A DNA stretch of 64,000 bases from Selaginella moellendorffii (taxonomy: Eukaryota; Plantae; Lycopodiophyta), in assembly GCF_000143415.4 (NCBI RefSeq), contig NW_003314268.1, forward strand, positions 936,703 through 1,000,702. The letters are read 5' to 3'. Below are positions 23,001 through 36,937 of this stretch, piece by piece. How positions within the stretch are numbered: position 1 is the first letter of the stretch; each line of letters opens with the position of its first letter. The notes under the pieces were generated by a model. That model did no database searches and had not been told where the DNA came from. It saw only the letters and a list, made by a program, of their open reading frames with translations. The translations under genes were made by a program, and so were the position numbers.

Positions 23001-24250
23001 CCATTTGCTGCACCCATTTTTCTGGTTTTGAAAAAAGATGGCAGTTGGCGACTGTGTGTGGACTATAGAGCACTGAACAGAATCACAATTAAAAACAGGT
23101 TTCCTATCCCGAGGGTGGAGGAATTGATGGATGAGCTTGGGGGAGCCTGTTTCTTCACAAAGCTGGATTTGAGATCAGGATATTATCAAATCGATATGGT
23201 GGAACGTGATCGTCACAAAACTGCATTCAAGACACACAGGGGTCTTTTCTAGTTTAAGGTGATGCCCTTTGGGCTCACAAATGCACAGGCCACATTTCAA
23301 GCTGCCATGAACAAGGTGTTGGGAAGGTTCTTGCTCAACTTTGTGGTGGTGTTCTTTGATGACATCTTGATCTTCAGCCGAACTTGGAAGCTGCACCTCA
23401 GTCATGTGGAACAAGTCTTGCAAGCGTTGGAGGAAGCAAGAGTAGTGTGCAAGCTCGCAAAGTGTTCTTTTGGTGCTGTGGAAGTGGACAACCTGGGATT
23501 TGGGAGGTGGCAAAGGGCTGGATTCACATCCTAACACAGGTACTCCACTTGGATAGACTCCTAGATTTGTATGATCTAGCAAGCTGACAGACTGTGTAGC
23601 CATTCCTCCAGAGACTGATGATGCTTGAACATATCCAGAACGATTTGGCAACTTGGCTTGCTTAAACTATGATGCCAAAGTGATTGCTCTGTCAAGATCA
23701 GCTAGTTCATGGCATCACACATAGCTCGTCACTCACTCGTTGACAGAATCCTGTAAGGCTAAAAAGCATTTAAAAATGCAATCTTCAAATCATCCCAAGT
23801 GAAAGTTGCTCTTGCCACCACTGCTGCATACCACTCTGCAGGAACATCCTTCAACATCACTGGAAAAATTCTTTGCCACAAAGTTTGCTCACTATTTGCT
23901 GTGCTCATGTTCTCAAATGTGGTGACATGCTCTTCAAGGTCACCAAATGTCACATATGTGGGATACTTCATCCAGCTAGCAACTGCTAGTGGTGGTATTG
24001 CTGTCATCATGATAACTGATTGCTGCTGTTGGTGTTGTGGTGAACTTTGGTAAATTCCCCACTCTTCTTCCTCGGTCTGCCGACTTTTGTGGTGTTTTTT
24101 CTGAAGAAGACTCTGAATCATTTTGCTGGCACTTCTTAAATCTTGCTTCTCTATCTTTTGTCTGTTTTTCTGATTTCTCCCTTCTAAGAATATTCTCTAT
24201 GGCTTTTTCTACTTGTTCTTGTTGTCGTCTCTGGCCATGCATGCACAAGC
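20100..24250 (-). mobile_element. Decayed retrotransposon gag on the minus strand, split by a nested element
   Basis: 23759-24121 reads DLEEHVTTF...FPVMLKDVPAEWY...TWDDLKIAFLNAF (Retrotrans_gag-like). Zinc knuckle CMECKTYVHYPNEC lies near 20128-20170. Confidence 0.7.
20402..23536 (+). mobile_element. Decayed Ty3/gypsy (chromovirus-like RT) element, internally deleted
   Basis: 5' LTR 20402-20582 (tgtta...ctaaca) followed by PBS tggtatcagagc. Gag remnants, protease VDFGASHTF, and RT WRLCVDYRALN / LDLRSGYYQ / FFDD with stops. Only the last ~20 bp of the 3' LTR remain. TSD caggt at 20397-20401 and 23537-23541. Confidence 0.88.
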
Positions 24251-25949
24251 TACTACTTTACAGCTGAAGTCTGGCCTTCCATGCTCAGCTTCAATGCTCA
24301 TGAACACAGCTCCTGACTAACACACCAAACAAGACAACTAGAATTAATTAAATACTCCAAAAGCTGCATAGGAACAAAAGCTTCTATTCCTCTAACAATT
24401 CAGCCAAGACTTAGGCTAGCAGCCTAATCCACTCTTGCCTATAGTGCAGGAACATTGTACTCACTCCCTGCTCACCGAATAACCTTGCTTGCTCTGCACG
24501 TCACTGCACTCAAATACACTGCATCACCACATCGTCTCTACATTGTAATCCATTGTTTTGCCTCTTTGACTCATGCCAAGCTCCACTTGTCATTCTCCTC
24601 CCGTCCCTAACTTTTCTTAACTTCCTTTCCTCTTGTCACGAACTCTTGGAATATCCTTCTTTTGAATATTCTCTAGAATCTTGACACTTCTCCACTTCAA
24701 CTCTCAAAAAACAGAAGAAAGTGCCAATGTTTTATCACTGACAAATAGAAGGTCATGTCATCCATTGTGCCTTATGATGTCCAAATCCAAGGTTGAACTC
24801 AAGTGGCAAAGCCAACTTAGATTTCATAAAGACTCTCCAATATATGTGAAGAAAACCTGAAGTTGTCTCATGAGCTAAAAGGTAAATACCTTTTAGCAAA
24901 TTTGTTAAAATAAATAAAACGATAGACAACTTGCCTATTTAGAATTGTATCTTTCATAGCAGTGGGGATGTGAGGTAGACAGAACATGATAAACTTTTTT
25001 AGCTACTGAGTTTTGATTAACTTTAATTTTCTCACTAGATTTTTCAGCCATCATCCATTTGAAGAAGTTGGTAGAACCTTGTAAATTTCTTGAACAACAT
25101 CATTGAGAAAGTCTGTGAAAATGGAATAAGTAGGCAAAGAAGATATAGAAAGAATAAAGTTTATAATAGACTTTATAAAGTTTTTTTGTGAAGTTTCATG
25201 AGATGGTGCATGATATTGTTGACCATGTTTAGCTGGAGATCAAAGCATTATAAGTCATTAAAGAGCCCTTACTTGATAATTACTGGATAAAAAAGCCCTT
25301 CCTATTTATTCCTTAAGATTCTAAAGATTTATAGTGATAGTATATTCTAACCCCATGCACTACAAAAATAAACACTATTTAATTATTACAGCTACAATCT
25401 CATTTCTTTGTTTTTTCTGTTTAGTAAACTCACGCTGTAGGTTAGAAAGTTGTTTGAGCTCAATTAGTATATACTAATACTTAGTTCTATAGCCAGTTTG
25501 ATCCAAAGTCAAATATTTGAGAGACAAGATAATGTAAACATCTTTTGGGATGTATTAGGGTGGTGGTGGTAGATATACCTAGAATATACTTAAATATTCT
25601 AGGATATTCTACTATCTAAAGAGTATTATTTATTCTTTATAAAACATGTTTATAATTTATAAACCCTCCTACATACTTCCTAGTATATTCTTATTTATTC
25701 TACCATCTAATGGTTGATATGCAATAAGGTTAATCTTGATTTATAAACTATAAACATAATTATAATTATTAATCAATTGAATTATTTAATAATACTAAAT
25801 AGCAATGACACTACTATTAAGCAGATCAAATGTTGCTACGTGCAAGGCACAACAAATTATATTTCTATAGGGTGTTGCCAAGTCACAGTAGAAACCTATA
25901 ATAATAAAGAGAAGTTGCCAAACCTTTTGGATTGTCAAATCCTAACTGT

Positions 25950-26640
25950 CAAAGAGTCATTTTATAACCATGTCTTAGTGAATAATTGTGTTGATGAGGT
26001 TGCCAATTGCACAGGCCAAGAGAAGAAATCATGCATGTTGACTAAATTCTAAAGCATTGACATAACCTTTTGCACTTTGCCCTCTGCCATCAAGTTGTAT
26101 CCTACAGTGGAGACTCACTTGAGAGTGGTGATTCACGCTGCACCTTCTTCTCTAGGGTTATGATTTCACTGTGCAAAACACCTAATTGCAAATGCTAGGT
26201 TTGCATATCTTTGATTTTCTTGTTGGATTGCTTCTAGAGTGCCATGATTCATAGCTCCCCAATCTCTTTATTGCCACCAGCATGCTCTCATGGGATTCCA
26301 GGGTTTCTCTACAGGTGTGCAGCAGCATCATGGGTGAAAGGGTGAAGCTAAGCACCAAGATAATATCTATGCTTGAGAAAATCAATAGTGTCAAGTCGAT
26401 CAAGTCAATGGTGTTTCAGTTCCCACAATGCTCAAGCTTGTCAAAGGGCCACTCCAAAAGGCTGGTTTCAAGCTCAAGATTGGCATGAGCGGCAGCAAGA
26501 GGAGTGGCTCACTAACTGTTCTTCTCAACCTTAAGGTCACTGGAGTGTTATGGCATCCAGAACGTTTTCGTGATGGATCAATCCTTGGTAGAATCTGCAA
26601 GCCATGGTTTGAGTTCACACTTGAGGTAACTTCCAAGGCT
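25950..26640 (-). pseudogene. Possible heavily decayed receptor-like kinase remnant
   Basis: Minus-strand fragments LVAIKRL, SAKGY..L and IIH*DM resemble kinase subdomains II and VI. Many stops. Confidence 0.3.
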
Positions 26641-27381
26641 TAAAGTTCATGTTTATTCAAACTCTTAGGAAATGGCTAAATAATTTGATTTTCTGATGTG
26701 ATTCCAAGCTCCAAACAAAGTTATAGTGACATGTTTGTAAGTTGATTGTCAAATTGCTCACATAAATGCATGTACTGTAGACCTGGCTGTGATTAACTCA
26801 GCTTTAATCAGCTACTTAATTTAGGACCTTTCTATGATAGGGACTCTAATTTGGGGTCTAAAAACCATGTAGAATATCATCCAAACAATTTCTCTTTGCA
26901 GCAGCAAACTAAACAGATGTAGAGACAGTGAAAGTCTTAATGCTTGATAAAATGGAATGTAATTACTTTCCTTTCCCAGAATGAGTGATTCCAACTTAGG
27001 TTTTGCAAGCCTGGATACTAAAATCCTATCGATTTGATTTCCTTTGTCTTTCAAACTTTTATGTGGCTAGATCCAGACATTCATAAGCACACTTCCAGCC
27101 AAAGTGTCTTGTAGCATTGTAGGAGGTAATTGATTTTATAATGTTTAGTCTATGTGTTTGTAATGGGATTTTGTAGTTATATAGATGGCTTCTAGGATCT
27201 GATAGTTTCCTACATGTTTATGGTTACTTCCTCAAATACAACAATTGCTATTTTGATACTATTCCAACTTAATTTTTTAAAAACTATAAAGTCCAGATTG
27301 CATATTGCTAATCTATACATTAATGTGAAATACATTTAGTTAAGGGTTAGGGCATTAAAGGCATTTTGCAAAGGGCAAGCT

Positions 27382-29043
27382 ATGGCGCGAACAGAGCAGG
27401 AGCGCTGTGGATGCGTCACAGGTTTGTGGTCTCTCTTCCGACCAAAAAAGGCACACAAGGGCGACAACAAGGTCCACCCGGAAGCCATGGACGCGGCGGC
27501 CTGGAAGCTGAAGGTCCAAGATCGTGTCTGTGAGGCTGTCTCGGGAGAAGCCGCCTTGAAGTTGAAGGAACTCAGGCGCGAGGTGAAAATCGTCTTAGAA
27601 GCGATACGACAGGAGCGAGGGCACAAGGAGCCGATCAAGCCGGAACAAGAGGAGGAGGACGAAGAGGAGAATCAAGAGAAGAAAGAGAAGAAAGCCGAGC
27701 AGGTGAGCGAGGAGGAGAAAGAAGCCGATCAGATGAAGCCGATGAAGCTGGAACAAGAGGAGGAAAACGAAGCCGAGAAGCAGCTGAAGGAGGAGGAGCA
27801 AGAGAAGAAAGCTGAGCAGCTGAGCGAGGAGGAGCAGGAGAAAGAAGCCGATGAGACGAAGGAACTCAGGCGCGAGGTGAAACAGGAGCAAGGTCACAAG
27901 GAGCAGCCGCAGCTGGAACGAGAGGAGAAGAATCAGCCGAATCAGCCGATCAAGCCAATCAAGCCGATGAAGCAAGAGCAGGAACAGGAGGAGGAGCAGC
28001 GGATGAAGCCGATGAAGCAGCAGCTGGAACAAGAGGAGGAGCAGACGATCAAGCCGATCAAGCAGCCTCTGGAACGGGAAGACGATCAAGAGAAGATGAA
28101 GCAGCAGGAGAATGACAAGCCCAAGCAGGAGGAGCAGCGACCCAAGCCAATTCTACTGCCAGCCGGGGATCGTCGTCCAGGTATGGTTCCTTTTGCTTCT
28201 CGCATTCTTCTTCTACTGTGACTCACGATGGCCTTCTGGACTTGCAGGTTCTAGGCCGAAGATGGTTCGCTTCTCTTCCTCAGCGGAGGACATTCTTCCC
28301 GACGGCACCCGACGGCGGAGTGAAACCCATCTTAGCGATGGCCGAGGGGGATATGTTGAGTTCGCGTATCTCGAAGCTTTCCACAAGGCAAACCGGTGGC
28401 TAAACCAGAGGGGAAAAACCGAGAAGAAGATCCGCAGCTTGGAAGAGGAAAAGCGCGAAGAAACAGAAGAGGAAAAGTACGAGGAAAAGTCTTGGAGTGT
28501 TAGCGCGCTCCGGATTCTGATCAGACTCACCGAGCAGCTTTACGAGGAGCTCAACGGCAAATCCAGCGACCGAGAGAGGATCAAGCGAGCGCGGAAGATG
28601 ATGAGGCTCCAGAAAATGCTGGATAGGATCCCGAGTGAGAGGAAACCGTGGAAGAAGCTTCAGTCCGGCAAGGTGGTCTTCGTGAAGGAGGCAAAAGAAC
28701 TATATGATCGTGCGGGGAGAGATTTTGTTGCCGAATTCAAGAGGAGACAGGTAAGTTTGATATACCTTCCAGATTCCAGATGGCCGTTTGCTAATAACTT
28801 CGGTGTTTGTTGTAGAGAGCTGGAGTGAATGATGAGTGTTTGTTTTGTCGGAACCATGATGGCGAGAAGATGATCGGCCGGGCTGGGGTGAACTCTAAGA
28901 CGACTAGACCCTGGATTTACCTGAGAAGAGAACACGAGCAAACTGTTCTAAGCACGTCAAAGAAACAAGAAATGAAGTTGGCTCCGAGCTCGAGAAGTTG
29001 GCTGCAAGGATTGGTCAACTGGAGGCTAGTGCTCGGACTCTAG
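27382..29043 (+). CDS. Orphan MARTEQ-family protein copy 2 (509 aa); exons 27382-28180, 28248-28750, 28816-29043
   Basis: Paralog of copy 1 with the same introns. Exon-1 indels total 39 nt and keep the frame. Confidence 0.75.
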
Positions 29044-32000
29044 CATCGGAGAAGCTAACTCTCAAGAGTCAAATCCAGAAGTTGGATCTCCAAGCAAGTT
29101 GAGCAGTGGCCACTAAAGCTATAGATCAGTTAAGTCGAGAGAAGATCGACCTTCTCGAGGATTCGACTCCAAAGTTTCACAGCTGTCCAAGACGTGAAAG
29201 CAGCGGGTGACAACCGTGTCTCGGGGCTCCAGGCTGAGAAGTCCATCACACTTCGGGCGTCTAAACAGGCCAGCGACCAGCCTCCACACTCTTCTAAGTC
29301 AAGAGAAGATCAATGGATCAAGTTGAACTACACTCTACAGTGTCTGGAGCAAGCAGAGATCTATCTTATCAGCTTTCCAGTGGACGGAGATGATTCAGGA
29401 GTGCCTGCTGCGGTAAGGCTGTTCATGATAGTAGTGAGGAACGACGTAAACCAGTGTCAGATGGCTGCAAGATGGCGAGAAGACGATATAGCTGAGGCTG
29501 CTCGTGACTGGGGTTTCGGATGGCTGCGGAGACTATAAGACAGACTACGCTAGACGTTCTCTGTCATCTGGTGGAATGAGGGAAGTGTTCGGACAGGAGT
29601 TCTTGAAGGAGAAGCCCCAGGGGATAATGGCTGACGGAGTCGAATCCGTTGCACGAGGTGGAGCTCTCGGCGAGAGCACGTCGAAAAGAGGATGGCGGAG
29701 TTTGGAAGTGCAAAGGCGAGGCTGGAGAAGCAAGTAACTGGCAGCTGATGGAGAGGATCACGGGACTCGAGGGGCTGGAGGAGAGAGAGACGTGCCAGAT
29801 GCAAAGCAAAGCTTTGGGCGAGGAGCTCCGAAGGATGAAGAAGACAAGCCGAGGAGAACCGATGAGAGAGCACATGGAGCGCCGAGCTCCAGAGGTTTGG
29901 CGGATTAGATGGACGCTACATGCGACAAGAAGGAGCATCTGGCTTCGCAGGAAGCTGTACAGCGAGATGAAGGAAAAGATGAGATGCCAAGACGGATCAA
30001 GACAAAGCTCTCTAGTTGACGGAAACGGGACGAGAGCTTCAATGCTGTCCAGGATCGCTCTTACAGGTGCTTGGATGATAGAAGATGATGATGGCAAGAT
30101 GATCTCGAACTCGAAGAAACTGCTTGTGGCGGTGGAGCCAGAGGTTCAGCTTCACAAAGACTGAAAAAGGCTGATGTTCGCCTCTGACATGCGGAGACTA
30201 CAAGAGCTGGAGCGAACTTTAAGATGAAGCAACAGTCATAAAGACAGAAGATCGGACGAGTTTCATGGAACGTGGAAGCTGGTGCAAAGCGATTCAGAGG
30301 TTCAATGGCCACCTTTACAATCCCCATGCTGGACTGAGGGTATGTAAAGTCATTCGTTTTTTCCTCTTCCATTAATTTCATCTGTGTTGTTAAACAGAAG
30401 AAGCAAGCTGCAGCGACACACAAATTGTGATGGTAGCTCCTTTAGTATCAGCAACAAATCCTATGGTATTTTTTTTTTCGTTTTTTAATTTTCTCCTCTG
30501 GTGGAATATCTTCTGAGCTCCAACTTGGTCCAGATCGTAGGAGGCCGTCTCTTCGAGACTAAATAAATAAAACATCTCAGAGACTACGCTAAGGAGCTGC
30601 TTATTCTGGCCAACTTGTGAGTATAACCTTGAGAGATTATTTTTCTTTTCTATTTGGAAAATAGTCTGACTGCCAACTTGGTCCAGATCATAGGAGGCCG
30701 CCAGAAGAATATGTAAATGAGGGTGGAGCTGGACTTGAAGCAGCGAAAGATAAAACCAGCGTCAGAGATCATAAGAATCGAGCAAGTGGGAATGGAAAAC
30801 TGTAAGATGATTTTAAAACTTGGAGAGAAAGGGAGCAGGCTGAAACAGCTAAGAGCGAGCAGCAAAGATTGAGCAGCTTAAAGACGAAAAATTTCTTAAA
30901 CCAAGCAGGGACAGCAGGTTGAAAAATCGAGTTTTAAGTTCGCCCAGCGGAGCAGGGGCAGCAGCTTCAAAAAGAAAAGTGGAAGCAGCTACAGAGCAGT
31001 GACAAGTTTGATCGAGCAGCAGAATAGTTCAGACTCGTGATAGTGTTTTTCATATCATTTTCTTTGATTTAGCTGTAAAAACGATGATTTAATGTTCAAA
31101 TTTATAATGTTTCAATCTCTGAAAGGTCCGACTTTGATCCTAGCAACAAGATGATACCTAGAGCACGCTAGGGCTTGGCGGCGCGGCCGCTTGGCAAGGC
31201 ATCCCCCGAAAAACTCCCGAACTTTACCATGTAGGCCGAGTATTTGCAATCTGTAGACTTGTCTCTAACATCGTGGATCTTCTTGTACGTTTGCAAGGAT
31301 TCCTGATCAGTTTGTCCCCGTAACTTGATTAGAAAATGGAAAAACAAATCCAGCTGAGGAAAATAAGATCTTACATAGTTTGCTCCAGAGATTACCATCA
31401 CATAGCATGTAAATTTGAACCGACCCGACCAAATGAACGATCTTCAATCCACTGGGAGTTTAGCAACTCCACCTGTGAAATAAAAAGAACGAAACAAGAA
31501 AAAACAATGATGCGAGTCATACTATTAACAAGAACCTCCAGTGGTTCTGGGAAAAAGCAAAATCAAATGAGACTAGAAGAATTCCAAAGCCTTTGAAGAC
31601 GTGCACGTTGATAAAGGACGCTTTGCCTTAAATCTCCTGCTGGACTGTGGGGTAACAATGGTGATAGCGAAGGTGTTCGACTTTCTAGGCACCCAGGCAC
31701 ACGACACCACGACACCACGACACCACGTTAGAGCAAGAACTCATGTACGCACCTGTATAAAGCCATTTGACTTGGTCTACAAGGTCATAAGCGGATGAAA
31801 AGGCTTGCCCACCTCCTTCCAGACAGTCAAAGTTGTTACCATTGTATGGGAAAAAAACTAAATTTCTGCACGTTGCCACCAATCAAACTTGTAAGATTGC
31901 TGTACGTGAGCATCAAAGAAAGCTTCAAATTGTAAATGAGAGTCTAAAGGCCATTGCATTTGTAACAATTGGTGAGAGACTTGCCTTCACCTCTGCAATT

Positions 32001-33042
32001 TCTTGCACTTAGTTTGATAGATAGATCAGCATTGCAACTTTTTACAGCCTCCACACACAAGCACTCTTTTAGATACTCTTGTATAAGCAGAAAATTATAA
32101 ATAAAAGTTCCTACTAAATACTGATTAAATTGAAGAAATTTGATTATTAATTGATTCGTTTTACTCTTTACATTTGGCCTTTGACATTTTCCTTTATTTA
32201 GTTATTATGTTGCAAGTTTATATTTTTATGGGTTCTTAAAATCTATGAAATCAAGAATGCTAATATCTAAAGCAAGTTTATATTGGTAATAAAGTTTTAT
32301 TAGTTTCACTATTTTATGTTTTTTTGAGAAAATATTATAGAGCAATCTATATTTAGTTACACACACACACAATATAAAGGTATTCTTAAAGCATAACACC
32401 AGACTGGTATACAACTACCAAATGTTTTACAATTGCATTAGCTGATAATAATATATATTTTATCTAGAAATATTAAACTAATGATATTTTAAAATTCTCA
32501 ACATACCAATTAATGTTAAAAACTTTATAGTAATTGTTACAATAAAAGTAATAAATTTTTTCATATTTTAAATAAATAAAAATGGATTTAAAAGTAGATT
32601 AAAGATATGGTTTTTGTATTCTTCAATAAATCATGGTATTTGAATAGGATATTTATGTGAAGCAAAAACTCCAACAACACCAACATAAATAAGTACAAAG
32701 AAGCACTACTGCCTAAGGATTAAAACTTCCCTACTATGATGTTAATTATCATGGCTATGTAGAGGTTTGTCCTCCTTAATACTGACATTATCAGCAATGC
32801 CAATATTATTTTCCATCACAACACTCACTCAATTATTCTTTACTTTTCCTAAGGCCTTCTTTTGTATTTTCTCTCCCTTTCCTATCAATATTACTATTGT
32901 CCTTTGATCCTTTATGGTGGAAAACTACCCAAGGGATCAAAGAAAAGTTAGATTAACATTGCTGATTGAAATGTTTGGGAAAGTAAGAAAATCAAAGCTT
33001 TTGTGTTTTTTATTGCTTCCTTGTTCTTCATATTTCAACTAT

Positions 33043-33329
33043 ATGCTTTATTTCGTTAAAGTGGAACTTATTCAGTAAAGTGGGACATTAATTAGCATGT
33101 GTCCACATGCCATTTCCTAGTACTTAATTAATATTTATTAATATTTCTATCAGTTTTTTAATTTATTTTTTATATTTCACAATATTATAACACAAAATCA
33201 TATGAAAAGTTTTTAATTAATAAATTATAAAGCTAAAACTTCAATTTTTTATTGTTGTTATAAAAATGGCATGTGGCCACACACCATAAGTGGGATAATG
33301 AAAAGTTCCACTTTAACGAAATAAAGCAT
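33043..33329. mobile_element. MITE, 287 bp, 27-bp perfect TIRs, 4-bp TSD (ctat)
   Basis: atgctttatttcgttaaagtggaactt ... aagttccactttaacgaaataaagcat, with ctat on both sides. The empty site is visible in copy A (caattatagtt, ~15820). Confidence 0.9.
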
Positions 33330-36226
33330 CTATAGTCTTAAGTTTTGCCTATAGACCTCATAATTAGAAGAGATTTTATAGATGGTATGTGTTTAATATT
33401 CTATTTATTGTGTAATCTTTGGTCCTAACACCTAGGTGAATTTGGTGAATTGGCTAAAAGAAAGCCATGAAGTTAAAAATCATATGCTTATAGTATGGAC
33501 TTTTGACAACTATAAGGAATCGAGTGCTCTTGGATTTCAGAAAAAACCCCCTAAGGGACTAGTGAGTCCAACCAACTTTATTATAAGGGCACTTCTAAAT
33601 ACCAATAGACTAGTGAGTCTGGTCAGCTTGATTAGAAGAGCTTGACAAAGATGCTAGAATCTCCAGAACACTAGGTTACTTTGGCAATATAAAGTTCTTG
33701 CAAGGATATTAATTTGTTTCTTCTCAACAACAATCTTTCTAGATGTTCCAAAGTTCCAACTAAGAGGATTTCCTAATACTTTTACTGTATTTTTTTGTAT
33801 TAAAAGTTCAAGTAGAACTTCATATTCATCAAATTCCAAAATTTCACAATTCTAACTAGAAAAACCAAAGAAGATGTTAATAACTACCAAATAAAAGCTC
33901 TAGTAATATTTATACAGTATTTAAGAAGTTGCAAATTTTAAGGATATGGATTTAGGGTTCCCCCTTCACAGAAAGAGCTAATCATAATATACAATTTCTA
34001 GAGGTTTGCTAAAAGACAATCTAAACAAACTACTAATGAATCATGATTGTAAATTGGTGGATTTTATCCAAGTAATTGCTTTTAATTCATTTCTTATATA
34101 CATTGTAAGTGGTTCATTTGTGTCTTTCATTTGGTTTAAGGATTGTGAGCAGACATTTACAAATCTCAAAGATGTGTTAATGACTCTTTTAATTTTAGAA
34201 TATCCTGACTACACTTGACCTTTCATTTTGCATATGGACACTTCTGATATTAATTTTAGAAGTATGTTGATGCAAGAGAGCATAATTATGCCTAGTTAGC
34301 ATCATTCTATCATGTATATTAGGCATATGTTGTAATCAATAGAAGTGAATTACTCTATGACAGAGGAGTGTTTTAGGGTTTTATAAATATCACAAATATA
34401 GCTTCAGGTATCAAAAGATATTTGTTAGCAAATACTTTTGGACACTCTCTCTTCTGCCATAATGGCAAAAGGTTGATATAGTTTGACCACTTTATTATTG
34501 GCCCCTCTTGTGCTAGTGGAGTTAATTGAGCATCTTAAGTGTACTTAGACCAAATAAGTATAAGGGTGGAATATTTTATATATTATTAGCTAAATATATT
34601 ATATGTTGCACTAGCTAATGACAAAAACCCTCATGTGTTGAGTTTAATTCCTTAATAATGCTATATGCTTATCGTGTCCACCAAACACCCTCACTATCAT
34701 GCTTTATATATTGATTTCATTCCAATCCTTTGTGCTATTTATAGTAAGTTTTTAGATTTGTTAAAAGGCATATCTATGGAATGTAGAGAGTGTCATGAAT
34801 CCTATGGTGTTATTCCCACATCTCAATTCACAATTTAGTTATATTCCACATCTAGTAAATTTTCAAACTCATCCCATAAACTAATTCTTGAGATTGGGAT
34901 GAAAGCCCAAAAGCATGCATTTTTCTAGGGTGAGGGATAGGGGGTTGTGGGGGGTTCCAAATGTATAGTAGGGATGGTGTTTAAAAGCATTGTTGACCAC
35001 TTGATTATATATATATATATATATATATATATTAATTTAGAATTTAGAATAAAATATTAATTTAGCTCTTGCTAGGTTGTATTGCTCTTTATTTTGCATC
35101 TAGCTTGGGAATAAGCTCAAGTTCCATGTTGCTTTAGTCAGTGGGGTACCCACCTCTTTGTTATAGGCCATTAGTATGCCAGAATTGGGGTAGACACTGT
35201 TTGATACTATTTTATATGCAAAAGTTGGATATGGGAAGTTAGTGTTTATAGGAGGTATTAATTGTGTACTAGATCTTCATTTTGTTGCACAAAGGGCTTA
35301 GAGTTCGATGTAAACCACAAATATTTTCTTTCTAATTTGCCAACTTACCTTTTCTATTCAACCACTTTTGCCTTTGCCTTAGTTAAGTTCCCTTGCCAAG
35401 GTCTTCACCTATTATATTAACTCCTATTTGGTCCTACTTAAATTCAATTACTCACTGCAAGAGTAATAGGGTGTTAGCTATCCATTTACAGATTCCCAAA
35501 TTTTCTCTTAATCCCCTTCTTTGGGTTAGACTGAATTTAAGGTTTAACTATGTTCCTCGTAGGCACAAGCAGCTGAGCACACCAAGTTGTAAGCCACAAA
35601 TTTTTCCTTTCCAATTTGCCAGCTTACCTCGTGTATCCGACCAATACTACCTTAGCCTTAGTTAAATTCCCTTGCCAAGGTTCCCACCTATTGTACTAGC
35701 TTTTACTTAGTCCTACTTAGTTTCAGTTACTCATTGCACCAGTACTTGGGTCAGTTTTGGTAGACTAACTTCCGCACTTCAGTGCATGGGTCCAATACAT
35801 AACTATAGGGGTAACTATTATAGACTAATCACAAGTCCCTACCTCTCTCTCTCAATTACTCATTTTTGAAAAGGGCATGGTCATGTAAACAACTTACTCT
35901 GCCAGTTTATAATAGTTGTCTAAATCTTCTTGACAGGGTTGATTTCTTGCTCATGGAAAGTTTGGCCTCTGGTCTTCTCCCTATGTCTCTGCGAGCAGTG
36001 ATGCATCATTCCTTTGTAAGCCGAGTGGTACTTGGAGCAGCAAGGGTGGCTAACTATGTTAGTCATTTCCTTGTCAGTGACGGCTGGAGGGTGTCTGAGT
36101 TTTAACATCTTTGGACATAGAGGAAAGGTTGTTCTATAACTCATTTAAGTTGGTGTGTTTCCCACATAGTATGCATTCCGTTAACTTTCAGAATTGTGTC
36201 TTTGATGGTTTGTTAGACTTGGGTAT

Positions 36227-36898
36227 TATAGTGCATGTGATCATGGGATGAGATTTGGATATATTGTCACTATGGATCCTTATAACTTTAGGGGATAAAT
36301 AGGGATAAAATAGCCACTAAGGGCTCTCTCGTCAAGCAATTACTCTTTTTCCAATTAGTTTAAGGGGAGAGAGATAAGGTGCATTACATGTGATATTAGA
36401 GCAAATGGCACAGGTTTGATTCCCATTGATCAATGGCTACTTAAAAATATAATAATATATAAATATAATATATAATATACCTTGAGCAAGGTATATTCCT
36501 ACCCTTAAATTTGAAATCGTATATATTAGGCATCCATGCATATGTCCTTCCTCTTGTGTGGAGTATCCACAAACGAAGGTATCTACCATGGGACTATGGT
36601 ACGGTGGATGATTAGTTGCCTCACATAGAATAGCTAATCTACACAATGGAAGGATTGGTAAATTCAGTGCGAAAATAAACATGTTGGTTCCCTTTGGCTC
36701 AATAAGGGTTGTTAGTTAATAATCAATGAAGACATTGACATCTCTAAAGGAGGGGTGAGTGTAACGCATGTGATTATGGGATGAAATTTGAATATATTGT
36801 CACCATGGATTTTTAGAACCTTGGGGGATAAATAGGGATAAAATAGCCACTAAAGGCTCTCTTATCAAGCAATTGTCCCTTTTCTAGGGTGCGCTATA
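36227..36898 (+). mobile_element. TRIM (non-autonomous LTR element without 5S segment)
   Basis: LTRs 36227-36388 and 36760-36898. Degenerate iMet PBS tgtgatattagagc. PPT aaggaggggtgag. TSD ggtat (36222-36226, 36899-36903). Confidence 0.85.
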
Positions 36899-36937
36899 GG
36901 TATGCATCGACGAGTGTCTTCCCCAAGGGGAGGAGAG

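Larger units (their letters stand above)
27321..35310 (+). repeat. Copy B of the direct segmental duplication
   Basis: Colinear with 3481-8745 plus 15352-17470. Lacks the gypsy block; has an extra MITE and a small inversion. Confidence 0.9.
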
